From a virus, in IMG/VR virus record IMGVR_UViG_2930063435_000003: DNA of 64,000 nt, one strand, 5' to 3'. The notes under the pieces are model-generated. The model did not search any database. It saw nothing but the letters and a program-made list of their open reading frames with translations, and was not told the origin of the DNA. This document shows positions 11,239 to 21,956 of this stretch, in pieces (the first letter of the stretch is position 1; each line of letters starts with the position of its first letter). Position numbers and translations under genes: made by a program.

Positions 11239-14200
11239 TTATTAATTCCTCCAGTTTTTCGATTTTTGATTGCTGGTTTTTAATAATAGGTATTAAATGA
11301 ACCCAAAGTCTATCGTATGCGATACCTTCGATTTCTCCGTTGTCATCATAAATAACAAATTCATTAAATCCTAATTCTTCAACCTCTTCCGCTATTAAGC
11401 CAGTATGTCGACTAAGTTTAAAAGTATCATCAGATAACTTTTTACCACTTTCCAATTCTTTAGCCATTATTTCCGATTCATATTTGTCAAACCATGTACG
11501 AATTGGAAGCTTTAAAATCTCTTTTGAATGACTGAACTGATCGTCTTCATTGATGTATTGGTTTTCGATTGAAATTTTATACTTTTTGGCAGAAGTAGCA
11601 CGCCCAATTGTTCCAGCAGAAGTAATGTGTAAGTTAGCAGGTGCTGAATAAGTACGCTTATAAATAGAATTAGAAGCGACTCTATCGCCAGCATTATCAG
11701 AACCTACCGCCAATAAATCATAACTTTGAATGCTAACGTAACTATTTCCATCTCTTCGTTTAACTAAGTTGAATTTGCCCATACCTGATTCAATTGTAGT
11801 GTCTCCGCCTGTAGCATAGTCACCATTAACGACTTGAACCAATCCTTTATTGCTACGTTTAGAAAATCTTAATCCAGCACCGTACTTATAGTTTTCATCT
11901 GAACCAAACATGATATAACCGTCAGTTTCGTATGCACTATCAGCGTTTGATAATGTGAATGCGAATCGGTTTAAACCAGGTTTATTTTTGGTGTTCGGAG
12001 ATAAATATATCGGCGCTTCTCTACTTTCAATATTAGCTGAAGCATATGAATCGATAATAATTCGATTGTAGTCAGATGTTAAAGCGACTACACCGCCATA
12101 AGAATTGATTGTTATGCCATTCATACCACTATCACTGTAAGTTTTATCCCACCATTGAATAGTACCGGATGAACCTCCGTCTTCGCCTTCTCCATCAATA
12201 TATGTTGAAATACCAAAATGTGACATATAAAGTGAACCGCCTGCGGTATTATTTCTAAACCTTAGATGTCCATCTTTAAGACGTGTGAATATATCATCGG
12301 TTGATCGTTTGCCTTTCCAAGTTCGTTGTACGATTCCGCCAAGTTCAATAAAATCATTTTGAACTTGTACATAACGGTTAGCATTTCCGCCTTTAATACC
12401 AATTCTATTCACATTGATGTCAAGACCTTCATTTGATAAGTTTAGGCTATTAACAATGTCATTTTTACCAACTTTGTTATTAATATTATTTGCGACTACA
12501 TTAAATTCTCTATTCGCTGTTATATCAACTTTATCGCCACTAATTTTCACGCCATCTTTATCAATAGTATGTGAAGTAATCGCCCCATTTTCGTCATACC
12601 TTAAATAGATGCCTTTCATAGCATTTACAGTGATGTCTGCTAACAATCTTGATAGTGTTCTTTTAGAAGCATTAAACTCTTCTTTAGTAGTTCTTAATTT
12701 GATTTCCTTACCATTTTGTATAATTTGAGAACCATAGCGAGTCAATGTTTTCCTCTGTGCATCTGTGCTTTCTTTGACCTTGTTGTCTGTATAAGCATTA
12801 GCTTTCTTTTCAGCGTTTCTAGCCTTTAGTTCTGCGTTTTGTTTTGCCTCTTCAAGTTTAGCTTGAGCATCTTGTATAGCGCGTTGCTCTTCTTCCGAAA
12901 TTTTACCATCAGCATACGCTTGCGATTCCTTCTCTTTAAGATCATCTTGAGCATCAATGTATGATTTTAAAGCTTCTTGCGCTTCTTGATTTGCTTGTTC
13001 AATACTTGCTTTAATCTCAGGATTATTGGACAAATCACTTAACTGGTCATCAGTATATTGTTTTTGTTCTTCCAATCCGTTTCGATATTCGTTTAACGTA
13101 ACTTTATCTTTGATTTCACCTTTTAAAGTCGTTCTCTCAGCTTCAGCAGTATCTAAACGTTCAACAATACCGTCTTTGTCTGTTTTATAGTCCGATGTTT
13201 TTACATAGTCACGTAATTGTTCTTTTGTGGATTCTCTAGCTGCTTCAATAGCTGATTTAACAACATTAGGTTCTCCGACTAACTGCAAATCTTCATTCAC
13301 CGTTAAACCAAATTTTGTTGCTATTATTTCCAACGCTTCTTTATATTTTTCATCAGTGTATTGTGACTGTAATAATTTAAATCTATCTGAAATGGCGATT
13401 TTGACATCTTCTACATCTGTATAAACATCTTGTAATTTCTTTCTATACTCAAGAAATAAAGCTTGTGTATCTACCAACCGACCAATCGTTGCAGTTTCGG
13501 GTGTCATAGATTCTAAATTATTTTTAATTTGATTATAAACATCAATCACAGCGTCTAAACTTGCTTGTAAGTCCGCTTTCAAATCATTATCTACTAAGTA
13601 CTCGCTATTCAGTAATTCTGTAGCTTCTGACAAAAGACTAGCGTGTTGTATAGATAAATTAATAAAAATATTGTTTAATTCACTGAATAGCGCTTTCTCT
13701 CTTGTTATACCACCTAATTTTTCAACATCATTTGGTGTTGCTTCAATCCATCGACCATTCCAATATCTACGCAAGACAGCAACATCAGGGTTACTTGTAT
13801 CATACCAAAGCATATCATTGACTGGATTTTCTGGCGGTGTATCACTTTTGTGTATTTTGCGTTCAAAGTATTCTAATTCACCATCTACAACATCTTTAAC
13901 TATAGTGTTGATATTGCTAATATTGTCGTTTAATTTTTGGTGTATTAGGTTTAATCGCTTGTTAAACTCTTCTCGTAATTCTGATTCTTTGAACTCTTTA
14001 GGTTGACCGAATGTATATGTGCTATTTTCTGAAATTATGTTATATTCTTCAGCAATAACTTCTGCCTCTACATACAATGGCGGGTTAAAATCTCTATGTT
14101 TTACTCTGACTGTATCGCCAATTGATATAATCTCGTGCGGATACGTAACTTCCAAATCAGTAGAAGTAATCTCATATGACATAACTGCCGACTTACGTTT

Positions 14201-15013
14201 ATTTAACTCTGTTTTGGCTAAAGAACTTAATCGTGTTTCATTCATATTTTGATCATCTGATTGTGGTTCATATATCCCCCAAATATAGCGCATAGGTAGG
14301 TTGAATTGACTTTGCGCTTCGTCATCTGTCACAACTAGCTCTAAACGCTTCCCTTTGTCATTTTCAGGTCCCACAGCAATTAATGCTGTTTTGATTTCTG
14401 ACATATCAATCTTCCTAGTTAACCCAACCAAATCTTTACCATACTCAATTTCTTTACCTTTGAATAAGCTGTTTTTCTTTTTGAGTACCACATATCTACC
14501 TTTGACGGTATTAGAACTAAGCTCTATATAAAAATCCAATACCATTTTATAGGTTGTACACAATTGCTTTAAAACTTCATATCTAGTTTGATAAGAAGTC
14601 CATGACGTAGTACGTAAGCCATCGTATTCGGTTTGTTCAGAAACTTCCCAACCTGTATCGCTCAACACATCTTTCAATGCTTCTGAAGTTGTCTTTTTCT
14701 CAAATTTGCCTGGTGCATACGGTTTAGCTGTTGTTATATCAGCAAGATAAGACGCTATACATTCTATCTCTGTGTAGCCGTCCATCGTATCTTGAACCCA
14801 GTTAATAATAAATTCACGCCATTGTTTGTTTGAATCCCTTATAATAACACGATGTCGTTCACGGAACTTTTCAGCTCTTTCTGATGATATGAGCAGTTCA
14901 AGCATTTCTGAATTGTCATTAACATTACGTTTATGAATCGCTCTAACTAAGGAAGGGTCATCAGTAGAAAGGAAATCTATAATCTTGTCGTTAAAATCTA
15001 AAACATGTATCAC
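11231..15013 (-). CDS. Tail spike / Tal-like fibre protein with C-terminal intramolecular chaperone
   Basis: 1260 aa after Dit; long coiled coil; SAKKYK...GLIAEEV chaperone-like motif. Confidence 0.85.
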   Translation of the reverse strand: MIHVLDFNDKIIDFLSTDDPSLVRAIHKRNVNDNSEMLELLISSERAEKFRERHRVIIRDSNKQWREFIINWVQDTMDGYTEIECIASYLADITTAKPYAPGKFEKKTTSEALKDVLSDTGWEVSEQTEYDGLRTTSWTSYQTRYEVLKQLCTTYKMVLDFYIELSSNTVKGRYVVLKKKNSLFKGKEIEYGKDLVGLTRKIDMSEIKTALIAVGPENDKGKRLELVVTDDEAQSQFNLPMRYIWGIYEPQSDDQNMNETRLSSLAKTELNKRKSAVMSYEITSTDLEVTYPHEIISIGDTVRVKHRDFNPPLYVEAEVIAEEYNIISENSTYTFGQPKEFKESELREEFNKRLNLIHQKLNDNISNINTIVKDVVDGELEYFERKIHKSDTPPENPVNDMLWYDTSNPDVAVLRRYWNGRWIEATPNDVEKLGGITREKALFSELNNIFINLSIQHASLLSEATELLNSEYLVDNDLKADLQASLDAVIDVYNQIKNNLESMTPETATIGRLVDTQALFLEYRKKLQDVYTDVEDVKIAISDRFKLLQSQYTDEKYKEALEIIATKFGLTVNEDLQLVGEPNVVKSAIEAARESTKEQLRDYVKTSDYKTDKDGIVERLDTAEAERTTLKGEIKDKVTLNEYRNGLEEQKQYTDDQLSDLSNNPEIKASIEQANQEAQEALKSYIDAQDDLKEKESQAYADGKISEEEQRAIQDAQAKLEEAKQNAELKARNAEKKANAYTDNKVKESTDAQRKTLTRYGSQIIQNGKEIKLRTTKEEFNASKRTLSRLLADITVNAMKGIYLRYDENGAITSHTIDKDGVKISGDKVDITANREFNVVANNINNKVGKNDIVNSLNLSNEGLDINVNRIGIKGGNANRYVQVQNDFIELGGIVQRTWKGKRSTDDIFTRLKDGHLRFRNNTAGGSLYMSHFGISTYIDGEGEDGGSSGTIQWWDKTYSDSGMNGITINSYGGVVALTSDYNRIIIDSYASANIESREAPIYLSPNTKNKPGLNRFAFTLSNADSAYETDGYIMFGSDENYKYGAGLRFSKRSNKGLVQVVNGDYATGGDTTIESGMGKFNLVKRRDGNSYVSIQSYDLLAVGSDNAGDRVASNSIYKRTYSAPANLHITSAGTIGRATSAKKYKISIENQYINEDDQFSHSKEILKLPIRTWFDKYESEIMAKELESGKKLSDDTFKLSRHTGLIAEEVEELGFNEFVIYDDNGEIEGIAYDRLWVHLIPIIKNQQSKIEKLEELINE

Positions 15014-15028
15014 ACTCTCATCTCCTTT

Positions 15029-16513
15029 CTATAAATATCTATCTTGCCATTTAACCGTCGTATCAAAGACGTTTTCAGGTTGTATGATTAATTCACTGTA
15101 CCCAGAATCAACATTGAAATAATTACTTCCAAACGATTTCTCGCTCAACATTGGTTCCTCATTGATGACAACACTTTTTGCTTGCATATCTATTTTCACT
15201 AAATCACCTTTTTGTATAATGACATCCCTTGCGCCTTTCGGTTTCGGTAGAATCTCCGTATTGAATGAACCTAATCCATTCATCTCCATCCACTTATAAC
15301 CGTTATACTTCGCACTATAGATAGCTATGATAGAAGCTGGACGCTGATAAAACTTACCGCCATCTATCCACTCTTTCTCATCCATATCAATAGGTTTACG
15401 TCTATCTGGGTCTTTAATGTGATCAAATTTCCAAGTTTTAATAGAAAATTTATTACCTACTCTTCTGAGCCGCATATAAACAACGATTCTGTCCAAGTTA
15501 TACATTATCGGTTTATTCTGATAGTCGTATATCTTTTTGGGGTCTCCTTTTTGGTTATACAACGTAACAACAATATGTCCTATTTTTCTATCATGATATT
15601 TATTTTCATAACCAATAGAAGCAAGTAACTTACCATCACTATCATAAATATGTTGTGCTGTTCTTCCGGCACCTTTACCTTTTTGTTCAACAATACATTT
15701 ATAGGTAATTTGAAAATCTGTCATCGCTTTAGGGAGCCCTCGTTTCGTGCCAGCACCAACCCAACCTTTTGCATCAGGAAAATTAGTTGCTTTATATCCT
15801 TCGCCAAGATTGGATATCACAAAGTCACCGCCGACCTTACCACCTAAGTCATTACTTGGAATATCTTCAGTAATCATCTTAGTCCAACCTTTGAAATCAC
15901 GAAACTCACTATGATAAACAGGAGGCATGTAATCCTTAACTTCTTTGGTTACCTCATCATCACCAACCATAAAATAATCTTCATCATTTTTAGTAATCAT
16001 AAAGTAACTAGATGGTTTAATTGCTCGGGCTTCAACAATTAAAGGAGTGTCAGCAGTCCCACTATTTACAACTGAAACTTGGTCTGAAATCGCAGTATTT
16101 TTATTTCCTGTTACTGAATATTTGTAAGGGTCTGTTAGTACTACTTTGATAGTGAACTTAACAGGTATTGCAAATTCTTTGTGCAGCTTTATTGGTCCTT
16201 CAAAATAAGCGTTCCAGTACCAATCTTTAGATTTGAATTGTAATTTAACTTGTTCCTCGTAGTTAAAAAACTTTACTAATTCATTCAAGACGTCATCATG
16301 TGTTTTAATGCCGTTGTGAGATAAATAGTCATTACGTACCACCAAAGGTATATCAAAACTATAAGATTCAAGCCTACGCCCTTTATATATAGACCCCGAA
16401 CGTCCATCTACATTTTCTGTTTTTAAAACATAATTAAAAGAGGGTATTTCAAACCCTCTTTCGACATACAACCAAGGAATTGTTTTGTTGTTCACTTTAA
16501 TAGTGTCTATCAT
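15029..16513 (-). CDS. Distal tail protein (Dit)
   Basis: 494 aa directly after the tape measure gene. Confidence 0.8.
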   Translation of the reverse strand: MIDTIKVNNKTIPWLYVERGFEIPSFNYVLKTENVDGRSGSIYKGRRLESYSFDIPLVVRNDYLSHNGIKTHDDVLNELVKFFNYEEQVKLQFKSKDWYWNAYFEGPIKLHKEFAIPVKFTIKVVLTDPYKYSVTGNKNTAISDQVSVVNSGTADTPLIVEARAIKPSSYFMITKNDEDYFMVGDDEVTKEVKDYMPPVYHSEFRDFKGWTKMITEDIPSNDLGGKVGGDFVISNLGEGYKATNFPDAKGWVGAGTKRGLPKAMTDFQITYKCIVEQKGKGAGRTAQHIYDSDGKLLASIGYENKYHDRKIGHIVVTLYNQKGDPKKIYDYQNKPIMYNLDRIVVYMRLRRVGNKFSIKTWKFDHIKDPDRRKPIDMDEKEWIDGGKFYQRPASIIAIYSAKYNGYKWMEMNGLGSFNTEILPKPKGARDVIIQKGDLVKIDMQAKSVVINEEPMLSEKSFGSNYFNVDSGYSELIIQPENVFDTTVKWQDRYL

Positions 16514-19500
16514 TGAATAGCAATTCCTCCTTTTCTAAACTTTACTTTTGTTGATTCTTGCCTTTCTCGCTTTTCTATAGACGCGTTCACCTTTTTATCA
16601 AAAGCGTATTCGTCAATAATCGGCTGATAATCTTTATCTGCAATCACATCGTTAGATTGCGCTATCTTCAGTAATAAAGCTATTTGTTGTTGCTGTTGTT
16701 CAATCATTTTCAATAATAAGCTTGGGTCATCAAACCCATTTACACTAGATAATTGACTAGGTCGTTTATTCTTACTTGCGTTTTTCCCTCTAACTTCCGC
16801 AGCTGCATAATGTAACATCTTCATTGCATCATTTCTACGAGCTGGATCTGTTGGAATAACCCATTCTGGATGACCGTCTTCACCTAAGTTATACCAACCA
16901 TCAAAAACTTTTCCGCCTGTAGCATATGCGTAATCACCCGCACGCTTAAATCCATCCCAACCGTAGCGTCTAACAATGTACTGCATTGCTGAAATACCTT
17001 GATGAACCGGATTATTAAAGTTAGTATATCCACGTTTAGCGTTTGCTCTAAAAGTTGAGCCGATGATTTGGAATAATCCTCTTGATGGGTCTCCTCTTTG
17101 AGCATTTATATCCCAGTTATTCACTGCATTTGACTGGTAGTTACTTTCACGTTTTGCAACGCGCATCATTTGGTCATGAATCCACTTACCTTTATAACGA
17201 CCACCTAAAATACTTTGCGCTTGTCGGATTACTCGACTGGCATAAGTTGCGCCACTTCCAGAAGTAGCACCGCCACCACCTATTGATAATCTTCCTTTTT
17301 TCTTAGCATTCCTTAAATATGGTTCAGGGTCAAAATGTCGTCCATTTCTCCTCATTTCAAAATGTAAATGTGGTCCTGTACTAAATCCGGTATTACCAGT
17401 TAAACCAACAACATCACCGGGCTTTACCATCGTGCCACTAGGTGGTGATTTGCTAAAGTTTTTCAAATGCGCAAATAGCATATCGATAACGCCACTAGTA
17501 ATTTTTACATAATTACCATAACCACCAGACATAAATGGCATTCTTGTAAGTCTGCCACCCATCGGCGTTCTAACTTCTTGATATACAAATGGAAAATCGA
17601 CACCTTCATGAAATGGTCTTCCAGTTGCAGCGGTATAAGCTGCGGTACGTCCATAATGATAATTAATTTTGTCAGGGTCTAATATTCCGCCGACTAAATC
17701 GCCACCGCCCATAGCTTCTAAATTTTCTTTTATCCAATCAGTAGCACTTTTCTTAATCTTAGACCATGCAGCTTTTGTTATGTCGCCTGCAATTCCCATA
17801 CCTTTAGTTAAAGAATTGAAATCAATTCCAAAAGCTTCAAGTATATAATTTAAAAGTTTGCCTGGATTTTCAATAAAATCTAAAACATCGCCAACTTTAT
17901 CGCCAAGCCATTTGGTACCTTTACCTATTTGATCTTTTGTCCAGTTAAATGCCGATGATGCACCGGATTTAATATCTTTCCACATAGTACCTATGCTAAA
18001 TCTTGGAAGCGTTCCATTTAACATTGAATAAGTTTGTGCGCCGTTATATACTTTTGAACCTTTAGGTAAGTACGCTGTCGTATCTGTATTAAGCGTAAGT
18101 ACCCGTTTGCCATTAGGGAATTCAATCATTTCATTTCTGAAACCATTCGGACCATTTCCACGTCCTTTATCCCCAACCGTAGCGAACGTATCCCGCGCAA
18201 TCTTACCGTTCTTAACTAATCTTGTAGTAGTATGCGTATGTTCAGTACCAGTGTGTAACTTCGGTATTTTGTCCATACCCAACTTACCACCGACCCAGTT
18301 TAAACCTTCAATTAATTTATTAAGACCTCTTTTAACAGCGTCTACCATACCACCGATATGATCTTTAATTTTACCAATGATAGATTTTAAACCGTCACGC
18401 ATGCTTCCAAAGATGTTACGCACTCTATCCCATAAGCGACCAGCTATACCTACAGTGTTATCTTTAATAGAGTTCCAGATGTTTGACATCCAATTTCTTA
18501 ATTTAATAAATATATCTTTCGTCGCATTCCATAAACTTGTGAATTTAGACCTTACACCCGTAAATAACGAATGAGCCTTGCCGACGGTATTGCTTTTGAT
18601 ATTATTCCACGTACTAGATAACCAGTTTTTCATATTAGTGAAAATAGATTTAACACTATTGAATAAGAAACCAAAAATACTTTTTGTTGCATTCCAAATT
18701 GCCGATAATGATTTCTTGAAAACGCCTATTATAGCAACCCATATAATAGTTATTAAACCTTTTAGCAATCCGCCAAAGTACCTAACAACGCCAAGTATTT
18801 TGCCTACAAACCATAATTGAATTAAATTCCAAATTAACTGCACAGTACCTTTCAGTATCATTACAATGCCGTCCCAAACGCCTCGCCAGTTTCCTGTGAA
18901 AAGACTAGAGAACACTTTGATAATACCCAAAATAATATTAATAGCCCCTTGTATTACACCTTTGATATTTTCCCAAGTGCTGACAATCAAGGCTTTAACC
19001 GCCGGCCAAATAAATTGCATCACTTGCCAGATTGCGAACATAATTGGTTTAATTACAAAATTTAAAATAAATTCAAATATCGCTTTAATAAAGTTGCATA
19101 TATTTTGAAGTGCTTGAACAATGGAAATTCCATTTTCATTAAAGAATCCATTGATTTGACTCCAAATATCTTTAGCAAAATCAACTATTGCTGATATCGC
19201 TTGTTTAAAGATGTTTTTAACAGAATCAATGAAAGGTTGAATAAATTGAATAAAATTACTAAATGTTTGTTTAACACTTTCAATTGCACCATTAACAAAA
19301 TTTCTAAATGTTTCAGATTTCTTATAAGCAATTGTAAATGCGACTGCTAAACCAGCCAATACACCTAATACAATGCCAATTGGACCAGTTAAAGCTGTGA
19401 AGACAGTTCCTAATATAGGTACTTTAGTCGATAAAAAACTAATCAATCCACCAGCCTTTGCAATACTAGCTAATAATGGAGCTAATACAGTTACTGCGTT

Positions 19501-21039
19501 GCCAACTGTGCTTATGAATGCACCTAATCCAAAAACTACAGGACCAATTGCAGCAGCAATACCACCGAATATAACAATCGACCTTTTAGATCCATCACTT
19601 AAACTTGAAAACCAATCAACTGCTACAGATAGCTTTTTGATTAATTCTTCCATGACTGGAGCAAACGCACTTTCAATAGAAGCCCATACATCAGCACCTA
19701 CTAATTTAAGTTTATTCATTGCTACTTTAAATCTTTCGGAGCCACTTTCAGAATCTTTAAATGTCTGATTGACCGTTCCTTGCGAATCTTCGATAGTTTT
19801 TAAGAACTCTTGGTAACTAAAGCGACCGCCTTTAATAGCATCTGCTAAATCAGGACCTGCTTTTGCACCAAATGCTTCAATCGCTAAACTTGTTGCGCTA
19901 GCTATATCCGGTGTCCTTTCAATTTCTGCTAATGTCTTCTTAAATTCTTCTCTTGGGTCTTTACCCGCTTTACCCCAATTGGATATAGCTTTTTTCAAAC
20001 CACTGAAGGCTATTTCAGTATTAACACCTGATTTCTCCCATTGAGAGAATAAAGCGATTGATTCTTTCATCTCAAAGCCCATAGCCCTCATTGGAGCACC
20101 GTATTTAGTAATGCTATCAGCTAATGTATCAACACTTATACCGCTAGCCTGTGCTGCTTTCGCTACCATATCAAGTACACTTTGATACTCATCAGCTTCA
20201 ATACCTGCATCACCCATTGCACGCGTAATTAATTGAACGGCTTGTACGCCGTCAGAACCTGTTATGTGACTAAATTTCAAGAATGACTCTGTGGCACTCT
20301 CAAGTTCTTTGCCAGTGAAACCTAACCTTGTGTTAACTTCCCCTAAAACACCGCCTACAGTCTCAGCGTCTTCTGGAAAGTTGCCATAAACATCTTTAAA
20401 TGAATTCTGCAACTTCTTAAGCTCTCCGCCGGTTGCTCCTGTTGCTTGGGTAACTGTATCTAAACCTTTATCAACTTCTGCAAAAGCTTTTCCTGATGCT
20501 GCTGCAATACCTAAAACAGGTGCAGTTACACCAATCATCAAACCTTTACCAATGGATTTTAAACCATCACCCATTTTTGTTAATTTAGGTCCCATACTTT
20601 CAAAAACTTTACTGGTTTTTCCCCAGCCACTTTCTGCCATTCTTTGAGCTTCAACTTGAGCTTTTTTGAACTCTTCAAACTCAGTTGTTGTTTTTTCTAG
20701 TTCTTTTTCTAAAAAATTCAGCTCATTTGCTTGTTTGTTATATTCTTGTCGTAATTTTTGAGCTTCCGCGCTGTTTTCGCCCTGTTCTTGAGATACCTTG
20801 CCATATTGCTTGGCTAAATCATCAACGTTTTTCTTATAACCTGTGATAGTTCCATCAAGTTCTTTAATCCTTTGTTTGTAACTATGAGTTGATTTTTCGG
20901 TATATTTGAAGTTGTTACCGGTTAACTTTAAGTCAGAATTTAAAGTTTTAAAGTTTCGTTTGATTTCTGCAAATGATCTATTTAAATTTGCTGCATCTAA
21001 ATCCAAACCTATAGATAAACCTTTTATTCTTTCTCCCAT
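16510..21039 (-). CDS. Tape measure protein with M23 peptidase and lytic transglycosylase domains
   Basis: 1509 aa; Trp/Phe repeats; HEGVD and GPHLHFE (M23); RES...GLFQI (SLT). Confidence 0.95.
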   Translation of the reverse strand: MGERIKGLSIGLDLDAANLNRSFAEIKRNFKTLNSDLKLTGNNFKYTEKSTHSYKQRIKELDGTITGYKKNVDDLAKQYGKVSQEQGENSAEAQKLRQEYNKQANELNFLEKELEKTTTEFEEFKKAQVEAQRMAESGWGKTSKVFESMGPKLTKMGDGLKSIGKGLMIGVTAPVLGIAAASGKAFAEVDKGLDTVTQATGATGGELKKLQNSFKDVYGNFPEDAETVGGVLGEVNTRLGFTGKELESATESFLKFSHITGSDGVQAVQLITRAMGDAGIEADEYQSVLDMVAKAAQASGISVDTLADSITKYGAPMRAMGFEMKESIALFSQWEKSGVNTEIAFSGLKKAISNWGKAGKDPREEFKKTLAEIERTPDIASATSLAIEAFGAKAGPDLADAIKGGRFSYQEFLKTIEDSQGTVNQTFKDSESGSERFKVAMNKLKLVGADVWASIESAFAPVMEELIKKLSVAVDWFSSLSDGSKRSIVIFGGIAAAIGPVVFGLGAFISTVGNAVTVLAPLLASIAKAGGLISFLSTKVPILGTVFTALTGPIGIVLGVLAGLAVAFTIAYKKSETFRNFVNGAIESVKQTFSNFIQFIQPFIDSVKNIFKQAISAIVDFAKDIWSQINGFFNENGISIVQALQNICNFIKAIFEFILNFVIKPIMFAIWQVMQFIWPAVKALIVSTWENIKGVIQGAINIILGIIKVFSSLFTGNWRGVWDGIVMILKGTVQLIWNLIQLWFVGKILGVVRYFGGLLKGLITIIWVAIIGVFKKSLSAIWNATKSIFGFLFNSVKSIFTNMKNWLSSTWNNIKSNTVGKAHSLFTGVRSKFTSLWNATKDIFIKLRNWMSNIWNSIKDNTVGIAGRLWDRVRNIFGSMRDGLKSIIGKIKDHIGGMVDAVKRGLNKLIEGLNWVGGKLGMDKIPKLHTGTEHTHTTTRLVKNGKIARDTFATVGDKGRGNGPNGFRNEMIEFPNGKRVLTLNTDTTAYLPKGSKVYNGAQTYSMLNGTLPRFSIGTMWKDIKSGASSAFNWTKDQIGKGTKWLGDKVGDVLDFIENPGKLLNYILEAFGIDFNSLTKGMGIAGDITKAAWSKIKKSATDWIKENLEAMGGGDLVGGILDPDKINYHYGRTAAYTAATGRPFHEGVDFPFVYQEVRTPMGGRLTRMPFMSGGYGNYVKITSGVIDMLFAHLKNFSKSPPSGTMVKPGDVVGLTGNTGFSTGPHLHFEMRRNGRHFDPEPYLRNAKKKGRLSIGGGGATSGSGATYASRVIRQAQSILGGRYKGKWIHDQMMRVAKRESNYQSNAVNNWDINAQRGDPSRGLFQIIGSTFRANAKRGYTNFNNPVHQGISAMQYIVRRYGWDGFKRAGDYAYATGGKVFDGWYNLGEDGHPEWVIPTDPARRNDAMKMLHYAAAEVRGKNASKNKRPSQLSSVNGFDDPSLLLKMIEQQQQQIALLLKIAQSNDVIADKDYQPIIDEYAFDKKVNASIEKRERQESTKVKFRKGGIAIQ

Positions 21040-21095
21040 TTTTTACCTCCTTTCTAAAAAAGTTCAAAAAAATAACCCTAACCAAACGGTTAAGG

Positions 21096-21302
21096 TTAAA
21101 ACGCATCAATTAAAGCCTCTGCTTTTTCTTCAGAAATGTCATTGTTTTTATTTTGATATATGGAAAGTACATAATGAAATGGCATTTTTAAAACTTCGTT
21201 AGCGTCTTTACCATTTTCAATTAAGTCCATCATGAGAGTATCCATATTTTTCAACATTGCTTTATATGTTAAATCTTCAGGCTTTATTTCATGTTCTGGA
21301 TA
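21096..21302 (-). CDS. Tail assembly chaperone, -1 frameshift extension (gpGT-like)
   Basis: Frame YPEHEIKPEDLTYKAML...EALIDAF* open from slippery heptamer A AAT TTT (21308-21302). Confidence 0.75.
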   Translation of the reverse strand, partial: YPEHEIKPEDLTYKAMLKNMDTLMMDLIENGKDANEVLKMPFHYVLSIYQNKNNDISEEKAEALIDAF

Positions 21303-21634
21303 AAATTTCTAGTTTCCTCAGTTTGCTGACCTTGAGTAATGAAAATCACTTGTTCACGAAGTGCATTCATTCCATCAGGTGCATGCATACGTTCTTTTAG
21401 GTCTTTAACTGTGAATTGGTTATCGTAAATTTTTACAACCATATCCATCAATCTGTCAGCGATTTCTCTTGGTTTCATCGTGCTATTTTCGTCCTCAATA
21501 TCATCGATTAAATCCATTGCTTCGTATACAATTTCAAATGAAATGAAGTGTGGTGTTAAGTACGTTTGTAATTTAATTTCATTTGCTTTCGGGTCTTCTA
21601 CTAATTGAATAATGTTACGTTTTAATTTTGCCAT
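21284..21634 (-). CDS. Tail assembly chaperone (gpG-like)
   Basis: 116 aa between major tail and tape measure genes. Confidence 0.85.
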   Translation of the reverse strand: MAKLKRNIIQLVEDPKANEIKLQTYLTPHFISFEIVYEAMDLIDDIEDENSTMKPREIADRLMDMVVKIYDNQFTVKDLKERMHAPDGMNALREQVIFITQGQQTEETRNFIQNMK

Positions 21635-21683
21635 TTTATAATACTCTCCTTATTTTCAAATAAAATAGAGGGGTTGCCCCCTC

Positions 21684-21956
21684 TTATGCTTCTACATTTA
21701 TTGTTATAGTGTCACTCATATTACCAACTGTTGCTTTAACCGTAGCAATGCCTTGTGCTTCCGCAGTAACTTGACCATCACTATTGATTGATACAATATT
21801 CGTTTGATCTGTTGTGTATTTCAATAACTTACTTTGATTAGATGGCTCTACTACAACATTTAAATCGTATGTGTCGCCAACTTTAAGTGTTTTAATGCTA
21901 TCTGGTATATTAACCGACTTTACCGCAGTTTCCGATGAAGCCGGTTTTGTTACAAA
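21684..21956 (-). CDS. Ig-like (Big_2) domain, probable frameshift extension of major tail protein
   Basis: FVTKPASSETAVKSVNIPDSIKTLKVGDTYDLNVVVEPSNQ...DGQVTAEAQGIATVKAT; -1 frame; no 5' start codon or RBS. Confidence 0.7.
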   Translation of the reverse strand, partial: FVTKPASSETAVKSVNIPDSIKTLKVGDTYDLNVVVEPSNQSKLLKYTTDQTNIVSINSDGQVTAEAQGIATVKATVGNMSDTITINVEA

